Shown: positions 33,498 to 43,800 of the stretch, piece after piece
Position numbering within the stretch: the first letter of the stretch is position 1
Layout of the letters: every line of letters begins with the position of its first letter
Origin: a virus
Strand: one strand, 5' to 3'
Virus record (IMG/VR): IMGVR_UViG_3300003653_000052
Location: 1-64,000 of that record
DNA: 64,000 nucleotides
Made by a program: the position numbers and the translations under genes
Notes under the pieces: model-generated
What the model was told of the DNA's origin: nothing
Database searches by the model: none
What the model saw: the letters and a program-made list of their open reading frames with translations, nothing else

Positions 33498-34492
33498 AAG
33501 AAAGATCAGAAGAAGACAAACATTTAGAAGCAGAATTTTATGCTAAAAAGTTTTACTTATCTTATAGTGGATTAAGTAAGTTGATGACATCTCCAACAGA
33601 GTTTTATAGACACTATATACTCAATCAAAGAGATAACCTGGACTCAGAAGGTATAAACATGGGTAAAGCTATTCACTGTCTATTATTAGATAGAGAAATG
33701 TTTGACAATCAGTTTGTAGTATCATCATCAAATATACCTACAGAAAATACAAAAGTAATAGTAGATAGAGTATATGCACAAGTTCAAGAGACTCCTGGTA
33801 TATTAGATGATTATCAAATTGAAATTTTAGGATTTCTTACAGAAATTAACTTACATCAATCACTTAAAACAGATGCCCAAAGAATAGATAAAATTATTAA
33901 TCAACAATCAAAAGATTATTTTGAATACTTGAAATTAGCAAAAGGAAAGACTATCATAGACCTGGAAACCTATGATAACTGTATTCTTGCAGTAGAAAGT
34001 ATTGAATCTAATGACCACCTCAACAGTCTGTTAGGACTAAATGAAAGTAACCCGGAGAACGTGATATACAATGAGTATATGTTAAAGATTGAAGCAGATG
34101 ATTATCCTTTTGGATTACATGGAATTCTTGATAATATTAAAGTAGAGAAAGCTACAAAAACTATCTATATTAATGATTTAAAAAGAACAGGTAAATCCTT
34201 AGTGCATTTTGAAGAAAGTGTAGAAAAGTATAATTATGGAATTCAAGCTGCAATGTATATGACTCTTGTGAAAGAGAATTTTAAGGAAATAATCACTGAC
34301 GGTTGGGATGTAAGATTTAATTTTATTGTTGTAGATAAATTTAATCAAAGTTATGCTTTTGGGGTAAGCCATAGGACTATGAAAGATTGGACATGTTTAT
34401 TAGAAGAAAAATTAAAAGAAGTTAAATATCACTATCTAAATCATGATTATCAGTTACCTTATGCTTTTGCCATAGGAAAAGTAACACTTTAA
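33494..34492 (+). CDS. PD-(D/E)XK (Cas4/RecB-like) nuclease
   Basis: It contains GILDNIKVE.., ..IYINDLKRTGK (D..D/ExK) and YGIQAAMY (QxxxY). Confidence 0.75.
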   Translation: MKERSEEDKHLEAEFYAKKFYLSYSGLSKLMTSPTEFYRHYILNQRDNLDSEGINMGKAIHCLLLDREMFDNQFVVSSSNIPTENTKVIVDRVYAQVQETPGILDDYQIEILGFLTEINLHQSLKTDAQRIDKIINQQSKDYFEYLKLAKGKTIIDLETYDNCILAVESIESNDHLNSLLGLNESNPENVIYNEYMLKIEADDYPFGLHGILDNIKVEKATKTIYINDLKRTGKSLVHFEESVEKYNYGIQAAMYMTLVKENFKEIITDGWDVRFNFIVVDKFNQSYAFGVSHRTMKDWTCLLEEKLKEVKYHYLNHDYQLPYAFAIGKVTL

Positions 34493-34505
34493 TCCTGTAA
34501 AATGT

Positions 34506-35090
34506 ATGGCTATTAAATCTTTATTTAGAGATTATGTTCAGAAGAGTAGGTTATTTTTATATCCTACTCTGGGTATTGAACGAGGGGGTAGTGTTACTCC
34601 CATAGAAACATATGTTTCTTGGGAAGGACATTACGAAATAACAGATTGTAAACTAATCTGTCTTTATCATCTACGTGATGATACTGAATTTATACATTTT
34701 GAGAGAACCAAGTTAATTGGTAATCCAAAATATCATGATTTTAAACAAGTAATAGATAACAAAGGAATTTATGTTTTTGATTTCAGTACTGAGAAAGAAA
34801 ATTGGGATAACTTTATTGTTGGACATTATTCAAAATTAACAGACACTCATAAGAGGAAAATTCAATCATTTTTTGGTAATTCAGGTAGTAATTATGCTTA
34901 TATAGAGAGTTATCTCTATCCAGAGAAATATTATGCCCTATATGCTGAAATACTAGCGGAGAAAGGAGATAGAAGGAGTATGGAAGGTCATTTAAGGTAT
35001 GCAAATGAACTTTGTGATAAACCTGTATGGGCTTTAGAACATCTTGAAATCACAATAAAAGATTTGGAAATGAAGAAAGAAATGAGTTAA
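34506..35090 (+). CDS. hypothetical protein (194 aa)
   Basis: ORF track. Confidence 0.6.
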   Translation: MAIKSLFRDYVQKSRLFLYPTLGIERGGSVTPIETYVSWEGHYEITDCKLICLYHLRDDTEFIHFERTKLIGNPKYHDFKQVIDNKGIYVFDFSTEKENWDNFIVGHYSKLTDTHKRKIQSFFGNSGSNYAYIESYLYPEKYYALYAEILAEKGDRRSMEGHLRYANELCDKPVWALEHLEITIKDLEMKKEMS

Positions 35091-35091
35091 T

Positions 35092-35541
35092 TTGCATAAT
35101 AAACCAATAATTAAAGATATGACAACAAATTCTCCAGAAGCTACAATGCTTCTTATCTCCAGTACATGGGATAGCAAAAAAACATTTAAACTAATGCCTA
35201 TTAAACCAGGTCTTTTTGTAGAAGGTATATTTGACCTTGATCACAAAATATTAGTAATGATAACCACAGTTAAGAAGGATACCTTTCATATGGTACCTCA
35301 TCTTAATGTAGATGGTGATCCAACAAAGTCTTCTAAAGGACCAAGACCAAATGGAAAAACATATCAAGAAGAACGGAGACAGCTTGAAACATTTCAAGAA
35401 TACTACATTACGGAGAAAGCAGAAATAGAAACATTTATTAAAATGGTAGCATTAAACAGTGATTCTTTTGATTATAAACAATATACTGAAAAGTCAAACT
35501 TAATCATTGAACCAGAGAAAAAAACTCTGATATCAATTTAG
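35092..35541 (+). CDS. hypothetical protein (149 aa; TTG start, or ATG at 35119)
   Basis: ORF track. A terminator lies downstream. Confidence 0.55.
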   Translation: MHNKPIIKDMTTNSPEATMLLISSTWDSKKTFKLMPIKPGLFVEGIFDLDHKILVMITTVKKDTFHMVPHLNVDGDPTKSSKGPRPNGKTYQEERRQLETFQEYYITEKAEIETFIKMVALNSDSFDYKQYTEKSNLIIEPEKKTLISI

Positions 35542-35565
35542 TAAATTAATAAAACCATGGCAGAG

Positions 35566-35596
35566 AAAGAGGGGGTAACTACTCCCTCTTTTTATT
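35566..35596 (+). terminator. intrinsic terminator
   Basis: AAAGAGGG-(10 nt)-CCCTCTTT is followed by TTATTT. Confidence 0.7.
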
Positions 35597-35639
35597 TCTA
35601 TAGTTACCAAGAGTAATCAGCTACTTAAAATATTGATAA

Positions 35640-37577
35640 ATGAATAGAGGAAAAACTAATTGGGTGATGGATTATGAGACACTGGCTAATTGTACAGTTC
35701 TCTGTGTAGAAGATTGGAAAACAGAAGAAATTAAAACTTTTATAGTACATGAATTACATAATGATATCAAAGAGTTAATACAATTTTTACAAGAAAATAG
35801 AGAATATCAAGAATATCATGTATCTTATAATGGAATTGGATTTGATGCTCAAATAAGTCAGTATATACTCAAATATGTTCATACACTTATTACTTTATCT
35901 CCAAATGAATTTGCTAAAACTATTTATGCAAAAGCTCAAGACATTATAGGAAGACAAAACAGGAGAGAATTCCAGGAATTTCCTGAATGGAGAATACAAA
36001 TACCACAAATTGATGTATTTAAACTAAATCATTGGGATAATCCAGCAAAAATGTCTGGATTAAAATGGATACAGTATAGTATGGATTGGTATAATTTACA
36101 AGAAATGCCAATACATCATACTACTGAAATCACAACTCAAGATGAAATTGATATAATAGTTGATTATTGCAGAAATGATGTAAAATCAACTAAAAAAATC
36201 ATGCATTTATGCAAAGATCAAATTAATCTCAGAAAAACAATAGGAAATAAATATGATATGCCTTGTTATAACTTCTCAAATACTAAAATTGGTAGTGAAT
36301 TATTACTAAAATTATATTGTGAAAGAACAGGTAAAGATCCAAGGATAATTAAAAAGACAGGAACAATTAGGAATCAAATTATTATGAAAGACATAGTATT
36401 TCCTTATATTTCCTTTAAAACAGAAGTATTTCAACAATTTTTAGAAAAAGTTAAAAGTACAGTGATTAAGAACACTAAAGGTGGATTTAAACACTCGGTA
36501 AAATTCAAAGGATATAATTTTGATTTTGGTACTGGTGGAATTCATCAATGTATAAAATCAGGTATTTATGAGGTTGATGATGAGTTTGTAATAAAAGATC
36601 TTGATGTAGCATCTCTATATCCAAGTATTGCTATTGTAAATAAGATGTTTCCAGCTCATTTGGGAGTAGATTTCTATAATGTATACAAAGAAGATGTTGT
36701 AGATGTTAGACTAGCTGAAAAGGCCAAGAAAGCACTAGGAGATAAAGCTATTGTTGAAGGATTTAAGGAGGCTGCTAATGCAACTTATGGTAATAGTAAT
36801 AGTCATCATTCCTGGTTATATGATCCTCAATATACAATGCAAACAACAATTAACGGTCAATTAATGATAGTTATGTTGGTTGAAGAATTAATGTTAGAAC
36901 TAAATGATGCCGTGTTACTTCAGGTAAATACAGATGGTGCTAGTATAAAATTAAAAGCTACTGATGTACCAAGATATCATGAAATATGTAGTGCATGGGA
37001 AGCAAAAACTCAATTATTACTTGAATTTGTAGACTATAAGAAGATGTTTATTTGGGATGTAAATAATTACATAGGACTTTATACTAATGGTAAGACTAAA
37101 TGTAAAGGAAGGTTTGAATGGGAAGATTTACAAAATAATAAACCAAGTCATCTTCATAAAAATAAGAGTCATCTCATAATTCCTAAAGCAATTTATAATT
37201 ATTTTATTAATGATATTCTTCCTGAACAGTATCTACAAGATAATCAAAACATCTTTGATTATTGTGCAGGTGCCAAAACCAAAGGAGGTTGGGAATTTAT
37301 TATGAAATGCATTGTTGACAAAGAATATTGTGAAGTACCATTACAAAAAACTATCAGATATTATATCTCAAATACAGGATGTAAAATTGTAAAGAAAAGT
37401 AAAGACGGAAGAGAAATTCAAACAGAGGCAAAACATTGGGTACAAACATTATTTAATCAATATGAAGTTCATTTTTGGCTTGATTATAATATTAATGAAA
37501 AATACTATTTAGATGCTATCTATAAAGAGATAGCTAATATATGTCCATTAAAAACACAATTATCATTAGAAATATGA
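35640..37577 (+). CDS. family-B DNA polymerase with 3'-5' exonuclease
   Basis: Exo I is VMDYET, Exo II is YNGIGFDAQ and Exo III is YCRNDVKS. Motif A is DVASLYPS, motif B is KEAANATYGN and motif C is QVNTDGA. Confidence 0.95.
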   Translation: MNRGKTNWVMDYETLANCTVLCVEDWKTEEIKTFIVHELHNDIKELIQFLQENREYQEYHVSYNGIGFDAQISQYILKYVHTLITLSPNEFAKTIYAKAQDIIGRQNRREFQEFPEWRIQIPQIDVFKLNHWDNPAKMSGLKWIQYSMDWYNLQEMPIHHTTEITTQDEIDIIVDYCRNDVKSTKKIMHLCKDQINLRKTIGNKYDMPCYNFSNTKIGSELLLKLYCERTGKDPRIIKKTGTIRNQIIMKDIVFPYISFKTEVFQQFLEKVKSTVIKNTKGGFKHSVKFKGYNFDFGTGGIHQCIKSGIYEVDDEFVIKDLDVASLYPSIAIVNKMFPAHLGVDFYNVYKEDVVDVRLAEKAKKALGDKAIVEGFKEAANATYGNSNSHHSWLYDPQYTMQTTINGQLMIVMLVEELMLELNDAVLLQVNTDGASIKLKATDVPRYHEICSAWEAKTQLLLEFVDYKKMFIWDVNNYIGLYTNGKTKCKGRFEWEDLQNNKPSHLHKNKSHLIIPKAIYNYFINDILPEQYLQDNQNIFDYCAGAKTKGGWEFIMKCIVDKEYCEVPLQKTIRYYISNTGCKIVKKSKDGREIQTEAKHWVQTLFNQYEVHFWLDYNINEKYYLDAIYKEIANICPLKTQLSLEI

Positions 37578-37765
37578 AAAAATACACAATAGAGGAGTTT
37601 AAAAGTTATCTTTTATCTCAAAATACGTTATCCAATATATATCTTAATCTTAATGAAGTTAATATGGATAAACTAATTAATAAAAAAGTTATAAATGTTA
37701 ATCAAATTACTCTTGAACAAATGATTAATGATGTAGAAACCAATAAAACTAAATCAGATGAATGA
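37574..37765 (+). CDS. hypothetical protein (63 aa)
   Basis: The track ORF was trimmed to ATG 37574, which forms an ATGA overlap with the polymerase stop. Confidence 0.5.
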   Translation: MKKYTIEEFKSYLLSQNTLSNIYLNLNEVNMDKLINKKVINVNQITLEQMINDVETNKTKSDE

Positions 37766-38366
37766 TACGTATGAATTAAAATCAGGAAACATATTACAAA
37801 TAATACCAGATGAATCCGGAGAAAGCCCTCGTGAGTGGGATAATGTAGGAATAATGGCTGCTTTTCATAAAAGATATACTCTTGGAGATAAAAATCTTAA
37901 TTTCTCAGATAAAGACTTTGATGGTTGGGAAGAAATGGGAGATCATATTATTAAAAATGAAGATGCTATAGCAATACTTGGATTATATCTTTATGATCAC
38001 GGGGGAATTACAATGAGTACTGGTTCTTTTAGTGATAGATGGGATTCTGGTCAAGTAGGATTTATATATACTACTCAAGAAATATTAACTAAAAACGGTA
38101 TATCTCAAGGTACTTCAGATGGTCTATTAGATGATGAATCTGAAGTAGACTATACTAAAAGAGTTACTGACTATCTTGAAAGTGAAGTAAAAACATATTC
38201 ACAATATCTTGAAGGAGATATATATGGATTTAAAGTTATTAAAAGAGAAAAATGTGATTTAGGAGAAGAACATGAGATAGAATTAGATTCTTGTTGGGGC
38301 TTCTATGGTTCTGATCCAAAAACTAATGGTATGATGGATCATATAAATGAAGAACTTTTAAACTAA
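37758..38366 (+). CDS. hypothetical protein (202 aa)
   Basis: ORF track. Confidence 0.6.
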   Translation: MNDTYELKSGNILQIIPDESGESPREWDNVGIMAAFHKRYTLGDKNLNFSDKDFDGWEEMGDHIIKNEDAIAILGLYLYDHGGITMSTGSFSDRWDSGQVGFIYTTQEILTKNGISQGTSDGLLDDESEVDYTKRVTDYLESEVKTYSQYLEGDIYGFKVIKREKCDLGEEHEIELDSCWGFYGSDPKTNGMMDHINEELLN

Positions 38367-38376
38367 AAATCAAAAG

Positions 38377-39150
38377 ATGAAAAGAGTAGTTAGTCATGAA
38401 AAAGTAATAGAACTATGGTATAATCAAACACAAGATAATGCTAGAACTTCTAATGGTTGTTTTTATTTTGAAAAAGATACTATTTATAGTTTTGGTTCTC
38501 ATTTTCCTATAGCAAAACATGTTGAGTTTAAAGGTAAGAAAGCTGTTTTATTTACTAAAGCTAAATGGGGATCAAGAACATCTAAGCATATTAGTTGGAT
38601 TAGTAATATTATTGGTTTTAATGATTATGTTTTAGATTGTTATGATTTAGATTCTAATAATCATAAAACCAGATTAAAAAGTTATCTTAATGATGTAGAA
38701 GCTATACTTGAAGATTTATTAAAGTGTAGAAAAGTTGAAAATAGAATTTATAAGTTAATTAGTTATAATCAACAAGTTAATCATTATTGTGAATTCTATG
38801 AACTTGATATAAAAAAAGAAAATAAAAAATTATATGATATACTTAATTTTAAAGATAAAGAATTGAAAAAAAGATGTTTTGATTATATTAGTAGTAAATC
38901 TATAAAATGGTGGAAAGAACAAACTCCAGAAAGTCGTAATATTGTAAAAACATTAGTATTTCCTGATGAAATTAACAGATTATTTAAAAAGGAATTGATA
39001 TCTACTACAGAAAAAGATAGTTTACTATCTATGATAAAATCTAATGATGTTGAAAATTTAACATTAGCAATTATATTAATAGAACAATTAAATAAAACAT
39101 GGAAATCAAAACGTACAGTGCAGCAGCAAAAAGAACTATGTCTGACTTAG
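38377..39150 (+). CDS. hypothetical protein (257 aa)
   Basis: ORF track. Confidence 0.6.
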   Translation: MKRVVSHEKVIELWYNQTQDNARTSNGCFYFEKDTIYSFGSHFPIAKHVEFKGKKAVLFTKAKWGSRTSKHISWISNIIGFNDYVLDCYDLDSNNHKTRLKSYLNDVEAILEDLLKCRKVENRIYKLISYNQQVNHYCEFYELDIKKENKKLYDILNFKDKELKKRCFDYISSKSIKWWKEQTPESRNIVKTLVFPDEINRLFKKELISTTEKDSLLSMIKSNDVENLTLAIILIEQLNKTWKSKRTVQQQKELCLT

Positions 39151-39512
39151 GTACCTTACAACTTAATAATCTACATATGATATTAGGTTTGGGTACTGAA
39201 GTAGGAGAATTAGCTGATGTATTCAAGAAAGAACTTGCATACAAGAATTCTCTTGATTTAGTAAATATAAAAGAAGAAGTTGGGGATATCATGTGGTATC
39301 TTGTAAACTTCTGTTCATTAAACAATATAGATTTAGAAGAATGTCTAGGAATTAACATTGCTAAATTATATGCACGGTTTCCTAGTAAATTCTCTGAAGA
39401 AAAAGCTATGATAAGAAATCTCCAGGAGGAACGTAGGATTCTGGAGTCTGGAGGATTTGAGAGTATCTCTGTAAATCCATTTCCTACCACAACACTAAAT
39501 ATAATTAAATAG
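39099..39512 (+). CDS. mazG: MazG-like nucleoside triphosphate pyrophosphohydrolase
   Basis: LGTEVGELADVFKKE and EEVGDIMWYL form the MazG EExxE/D metal-binding helices. Confidence 0.8.
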   Translation: MEIKTYSAAAKRTMSDLGTLQLNNLHMILGLGTEVGELADVFKKELAYKNSLDLVNIKEEVGDIMWYLVNFCSLNNIDLEECLGINIAKLYARFPSKFSEEKAMIRNLQEERRILESGGFESISVNPFPTTTLNIIK

Positions 39513-39514
39513 TT

Positions 39515-39835
39515 ATGAATATTAATGATACAATATATTGTTTATCTGGATATAGTCTTATGATAGGAACTGTTTTATCTATAGGTAAAAAGAATGTAAA
39601 AGTTAAATTTAAAGCTCAACATTTTCTAATAGAACATATAAAATATATTCCATTTGATAAAATAGCTGAAGAAAATGAAAAAATATGTATTGTATGGGAA
39701 AAATGGAAAGGAAAAAATGGTAGAGGTGGTTATAGACTTGAAAAAATAGCATATAAAGAACAGTTAATAATAGCAAAAGAGTACCCATATCAAAAATTAA
39801 TTTGGGAAGATTCTTGTAATATAATCCTTAAATAA
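39515..39835 (+). CDS. hypothetical protein (106 aa)
   Basis: ORF track. Confidence 0.55.
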   Translation: MNINDTIYCLSGYSLMIGTVLSIGKKNVKVKFKAQHFLIEHIKYIPFDKIAEENEKICIVWEKWKGKNGRGGYRLEKIAYKEQLIIAKEYPYQKLIWEDSCNIILK

Positions 39836-40114
39836 ATGAATTATCTAATACCTCCTTTTCATAAGGGTAATGGTCTTGATGGTGAAGAACTTATTCTATT
39901 TATGACAGAATTAGTACTACAATATGATATTATTATAACTCAAAATACTGATTTACATGTAATAAGTGTAGAACATATTAATGAAGGAGATTTTATAGAA
40001 GAATATTATATTGTAACAACGAAAGTCATTCATTATATGTTTAATGACACATTTACTATTAAAGATTATAATGATTTACAAGTATATAGGGTTATCGCAT
40101 CCATTTTAAAATAA
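39836..40114 (+). CDS. hypothetical protein (92 aa)
   Basis: ORF track. Confidence 0.55.
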   Translation: MNYLIPPFHKGNGLDGEELILFMTELVLQYDIIITQNTDLHVISVEHINEGDFIEEYYIVTTKVIHYMFNDTFTIKDYNDLQVYRVIASILK

Positions 40115-40145
40115 ACCAATAAATAAACCAATAAATAAATAAACA
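40111..40145 (+). repeat. tandem 12-nt repeat (ATAAACCAATAA x2) plus ATAAATAAACA leader
   Basis: Read directly. The 3' 21 nt are nearly identical to 40539-40559, upstream of the ORF at 40561. Confidence 0.8.
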
Positions 40146-40358
40146 ATGAAAAAAGCAGTATTATTTCAGTATACCATATTATGGCATCCAACTGAAAAAC
40201 AAGCTAAAGATGATGATAAAAAATCTTTAGTAATTAGTGAAGTAAAAACCATATTATCTGAAAACCAAGGTTCAGCAGCTATGGCTGCAGCTATGCAAAT
40301 TTCTACAGAATATAAAGATCAGTTAGATCAAATAGAAATTGTAATGCGTCCTTTTTAA
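40146..40358 (+). CDS. hypothetical protein (70 aa)
   Basis: ORF track. It is preceded by the repeated leader ATAAACCAATAAATAAATAAA. Confidence 0.55.
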   Translation: MKKAVLFQYTILWHPTEKQAKDDDKKSLVISEVKTILSENQGSAAMAAAMQISTEYKDQLDQIEIVMRPF

Positions 40359-40537
40359 ATGCCCATGAAGACATAGGACGATTACCGTACCCACCTAATA
40401 CAACTAATATTAGACCTTATAATCATGGTAATACAATGAATAACCTTACTACAAGTCAATTCGGTATTCATGGGCAAAGTTTCTTAACTAATACTTCAAC
40501 AAGTTATAATGCAAGTACAATATTAACACCAATAATA

Positions 40538-40560
40538 AATAAACCAATAAATAAATAAAT
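40538..40560 (+). repeat. second copy of the leader ATAAACCAATAAATAAATAAA
   Basis: Read directly. It lies immediately upstream of ATG 40561. Confidence 0.8.
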
Positions 40561-40803
40561 ATGAAAACAGTAACATTAAAAAAGAGTGAATTAGCCAAGC
40601 AAAAAGGTCTTGGTAATGATTATGACACTATTGCAAAGTCATATGGTATTAAAGCTGCTGAAGTTAAATCAGCAATGATGTTCTTTGGATTAAGTAAAGC
40701 TAAACCTAAAGCTAAAAAAGAAGGAGAGTATGAAATAGTACTTGTAGATGATGTAACAGTTAATAACACTCCAGTAGAAAGTCCTGCTGAAATGTCGTTG
40801 TAA
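40561..40803 (+). CDS. hypothetical basic protein (80 aa)
   Basis: ORF track. It has the same leader as the ORF at 40146 and is followed by the bidirectional terminator. Confidence 0.55.
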   Translation: MKTVTLKKSELAKQKGLGNDYDTIAKSYGIKAAEVKSAMMFFGLSKAKPKAKKEGEYEIVLVDDVTVNNTPVESPAEMSL

Positions 40804-40810
40804 TTAAGTA

Positions 40811-40856
40811 AAAACAAAGAAACCAGTATGCATTTTGCATACTGGTTTTTTTTCTT
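40811..40856. terminator. bidirectional intrinsic terminator at the convergence of the rightward and leftward blocks
   Basis: AAACCAGTATGCA-TTT-TGCATACTGGTTT forms a 13-bp stem. It is flanked by an A-rich run on the left and an 8-T run on the right. Confidence 0.85.
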
Positions 40857-40874
40857 TTTCCCACATCTTTTTTG

Positions 40875-43800
40875 TTAATGTCTATTACTAAATATTTGAT
40901 CCATTGTATTTAATGTAGACTGGTAACTACTTAATCCAGGCACCATTTTATAAAATGATTGTGCTGTTTTAGAGCCTCCTTCATGTCTTCCTCTTTTATA
41001 AATATCTGATTGAGGATCATCCAAATAATTCCACATATTACCAACTAGTTTATGACCATCTCTAATTGTTTTGTACAAAGGAATAGGGTCTTTAGTAATT
41101 GCCGTAATAGAATTAAAACTATAAAAGAAAGTCATATCTTGATATAACCTAGTTAATGTATTTATTGTCATATTCATTTCTTTATCTGGAGGTTCTTTAC
41201 CTGCTAATGCAGCTAATGTCATTAATATTAAGGACATATATATAATATACTGTAACTCTCTTATATTAACTCTCATATTTTGAATATCTAAATCTGTTAA
41301 TCCTAGTTTTTTAAGATCTTTTTCATATTTTTCTTCACATAATTCAGATAATGACTTCATTCCTAATTGACTAAATCCGGGAATATTTGCTATTTTAGTA
41401 AGTAATGTAAGCATTGTTCCTCCTGCTAATGAACCCATACCTTTCCAAAATCCATTTTCTTCAGTATATGCTTGTCCAACATCTCTCCATGTGGTATATC
41501 TACCTTTAAATTGACCTTCAATTTCAGCACCAAATCTTTGATGAATTGCCCTAGGCAACCAAGTTCTAAACATCATAAGAACTCTTCCCGACACTGTAGA
41601 TTTTATACCCATAGTGCTTTGATAATCTCCTTGTGTTTGTTTTCTAATTTCTCTAACTCTATCTTTTATTTTTTTAATGTATAGAGGATCTAATTCACCA
41701 TACTTTTCTGTATTAAAGTTAAAATCATCATCAAATGCGTCCCATAAATTATCACCATTTAAAAATGCAGGTCTTTCATATTTCATTTTAGCAATTAATA
41801 ATTGACTTGCAAGAATATATTCTCCAGAGGTTTGCCAAGTTAACCCAAACTTTGCAATTTTACTAGTATACGTTTGACTATCTTCTATAAAACTCTCTTC
41901 AGAGATTCCCATAACTTCATTGGCTTTTTTAATCTTTTTAGCTACACTGGTTGGAATTTTACCTAAAGTAGTATAATTAAGAGCTGAATTACCAAGAATT
42001 CTTAAAGCTTGATATAATTCTTTATCTGTAAAATCAATTTTTCTAGCAGCATGTAAAAAATTATTTTCTAAACCAATTGTTAAATTGACAATAGCTGATA
42101 ATGGTTTTAAAAACATTAAATTAATTCTAGTATAATCTATTATTGCATCAATTACTTTTACTCCTGATAATTTATATAATATAGGTTCTTCTGGAATAGG
42201 TAATCCTTTTTGAATAGCCTCTGCTCTTAATATTTCCCATTTTCTATACTGTATTTTAAGTTGAGTGGCTTCTTTTTCAGTAGGAGGATTGCTTTCTGCA
42301 TCTAATCTTCTTTTACCATATAATTCAGATAAAATATTATATAACGCTAAATCTTTAGCGTTAGTTAATCCACCTTCAATTACAGATGGATCTCCCATAT
42401 TATGTATAGTTATACCTTTATTAACTCTAATAGCCTTTTGTTTATCTAATAGTCCTTTTAACAACCAAATATCAGGTTCTATTTCACTTTTATGTTCATA
42501 TGCTGTAGCTAATTGATAAAAATCTTTAATTAAATCTAATGGATTAGTATATCGTCTTTCTTTTTGTAATTCACCTATTTCTTTAGGATATACTTTTTCT
42601 TTAGGATTACCTTTTTCATCTGTTGCTTTTCCAGAATATCCACTTATATCTTGTTGTGTAATAGCTTTTCTAAATGTACTATTCATCCAATTCCCCATAC
42701 CTTCCCATGTTCTCTTTAATATAGTTGTATCTTCTTTATTAAAGTCAAATAATATACTATTTAGTACTTTATCAAATGAATTTAAATCCACTAACATTCT
42801 ATGAGGAATTTTTTTCATACCGTTTGTAATTGTATTAACTACAAATTTATATAAATCATCATCTTTAATTTTATTAAATTCAGGATTTATAAATTCTGCT
42901 TTTGGTGATTGATTAAGATATCTATACCAAAAGTTATTACCTTGAGTTTGAACTCCTGTATTTGCATAAGCTAATCCCAAATAAGGTGAATTTGAGTTTT
43001 CCCAATGTCTAATATAAGCTTCATCATCAGGACTTAAAAGTTCATCTTCATTTACCATAGCAAGACGTTCTTTTAATGAATCTAATCTTGCATTATATAT
43101 AGCTTCTCCTTCAGCAGTTAATGTATAGTTGTTTCTATCCATATACCATCTATCTCTATGATTGTACATCATTCTTCTATTATAAGCACTCTTAGTAGTA
43201 TTTGGCTTAAAGGTAGATTCAAGATATGTGCTTACTTTTGTTAACATAAGTTTTTCTTCGTCAAAATAAGAACCTTTGGTTTCAGTTATTAATCTTCCTG
43301 AAGCATCTAAAAACTTTTTAATAGCATCTTTATCTTTATATTTTGCACTAATTGCATCAAATTCTTTATTAAAAATAAACATTGCATCATTTGTCTTTCT
43401 TCTAGTTGTTTCAAATCTACTATCCATTAATCTTAATATAGGAATGATTGTAGTATCCATACCTAAAAATAGAAGTGTAGTTTTACTAATGTCTTTTACA
43501 GCAGCATTCATTCTTTCAAAGGTCATAGGTATTCCTTCTTCTACTGATTGATTTTCAATATTAGTACTTTGTCCTATCTTCCATTTTTCTAATAATATTA
43601 AACTTTCCGTTCTAGTATGTTGTAACTTTTTTCTATATTCAGCATCAAGCATATTTTTATCTATTGCTTCATCTAAAATTACAATTCTGTTTAATGTAGC
43701 TTCAATAAAAATTAATTCTCTACCTGAAAATTTAGATTTATTTAATATGCTATTTACTTCTTTTAGATCTCTTAAAGCAACATTAATAATATTATTATAT

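Noticed and set aside
5460-37573. Longer N-terminal extensions given in the ORF track: TTG 5460, GTG 6803, ATG 19424 and 19449, ATG 32682 and ATG 37541.
   Set aside because: Each extension runs into a terminator or hairpin stem, or into the neighbouring gene. In-frame downstream ATGs give ATGA or short overlaps typical of this genome, and N-termini that make sense (a P-loop at residue 5, a TM segment).
3010-40817. Antisense or nested track ORFs inside the rightward block: 3010-3204(-), 4066-4260(-), 7529-7720(-), 8483-8791(-), 9887-10075(-), 11897-12085(-), 13716-13910(+), 21185-21388(-), 21803-22003(-), 23190-23384(-), 29316-29534(-), 34813-35004(-), 39071-39490(-) and 40620-40817(-).
   Set aside because: Each is fully overlapped by a longer ORF that tiles with its neighbours or carries recognisable motifs. 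Their compositions look like antisense artefacts.
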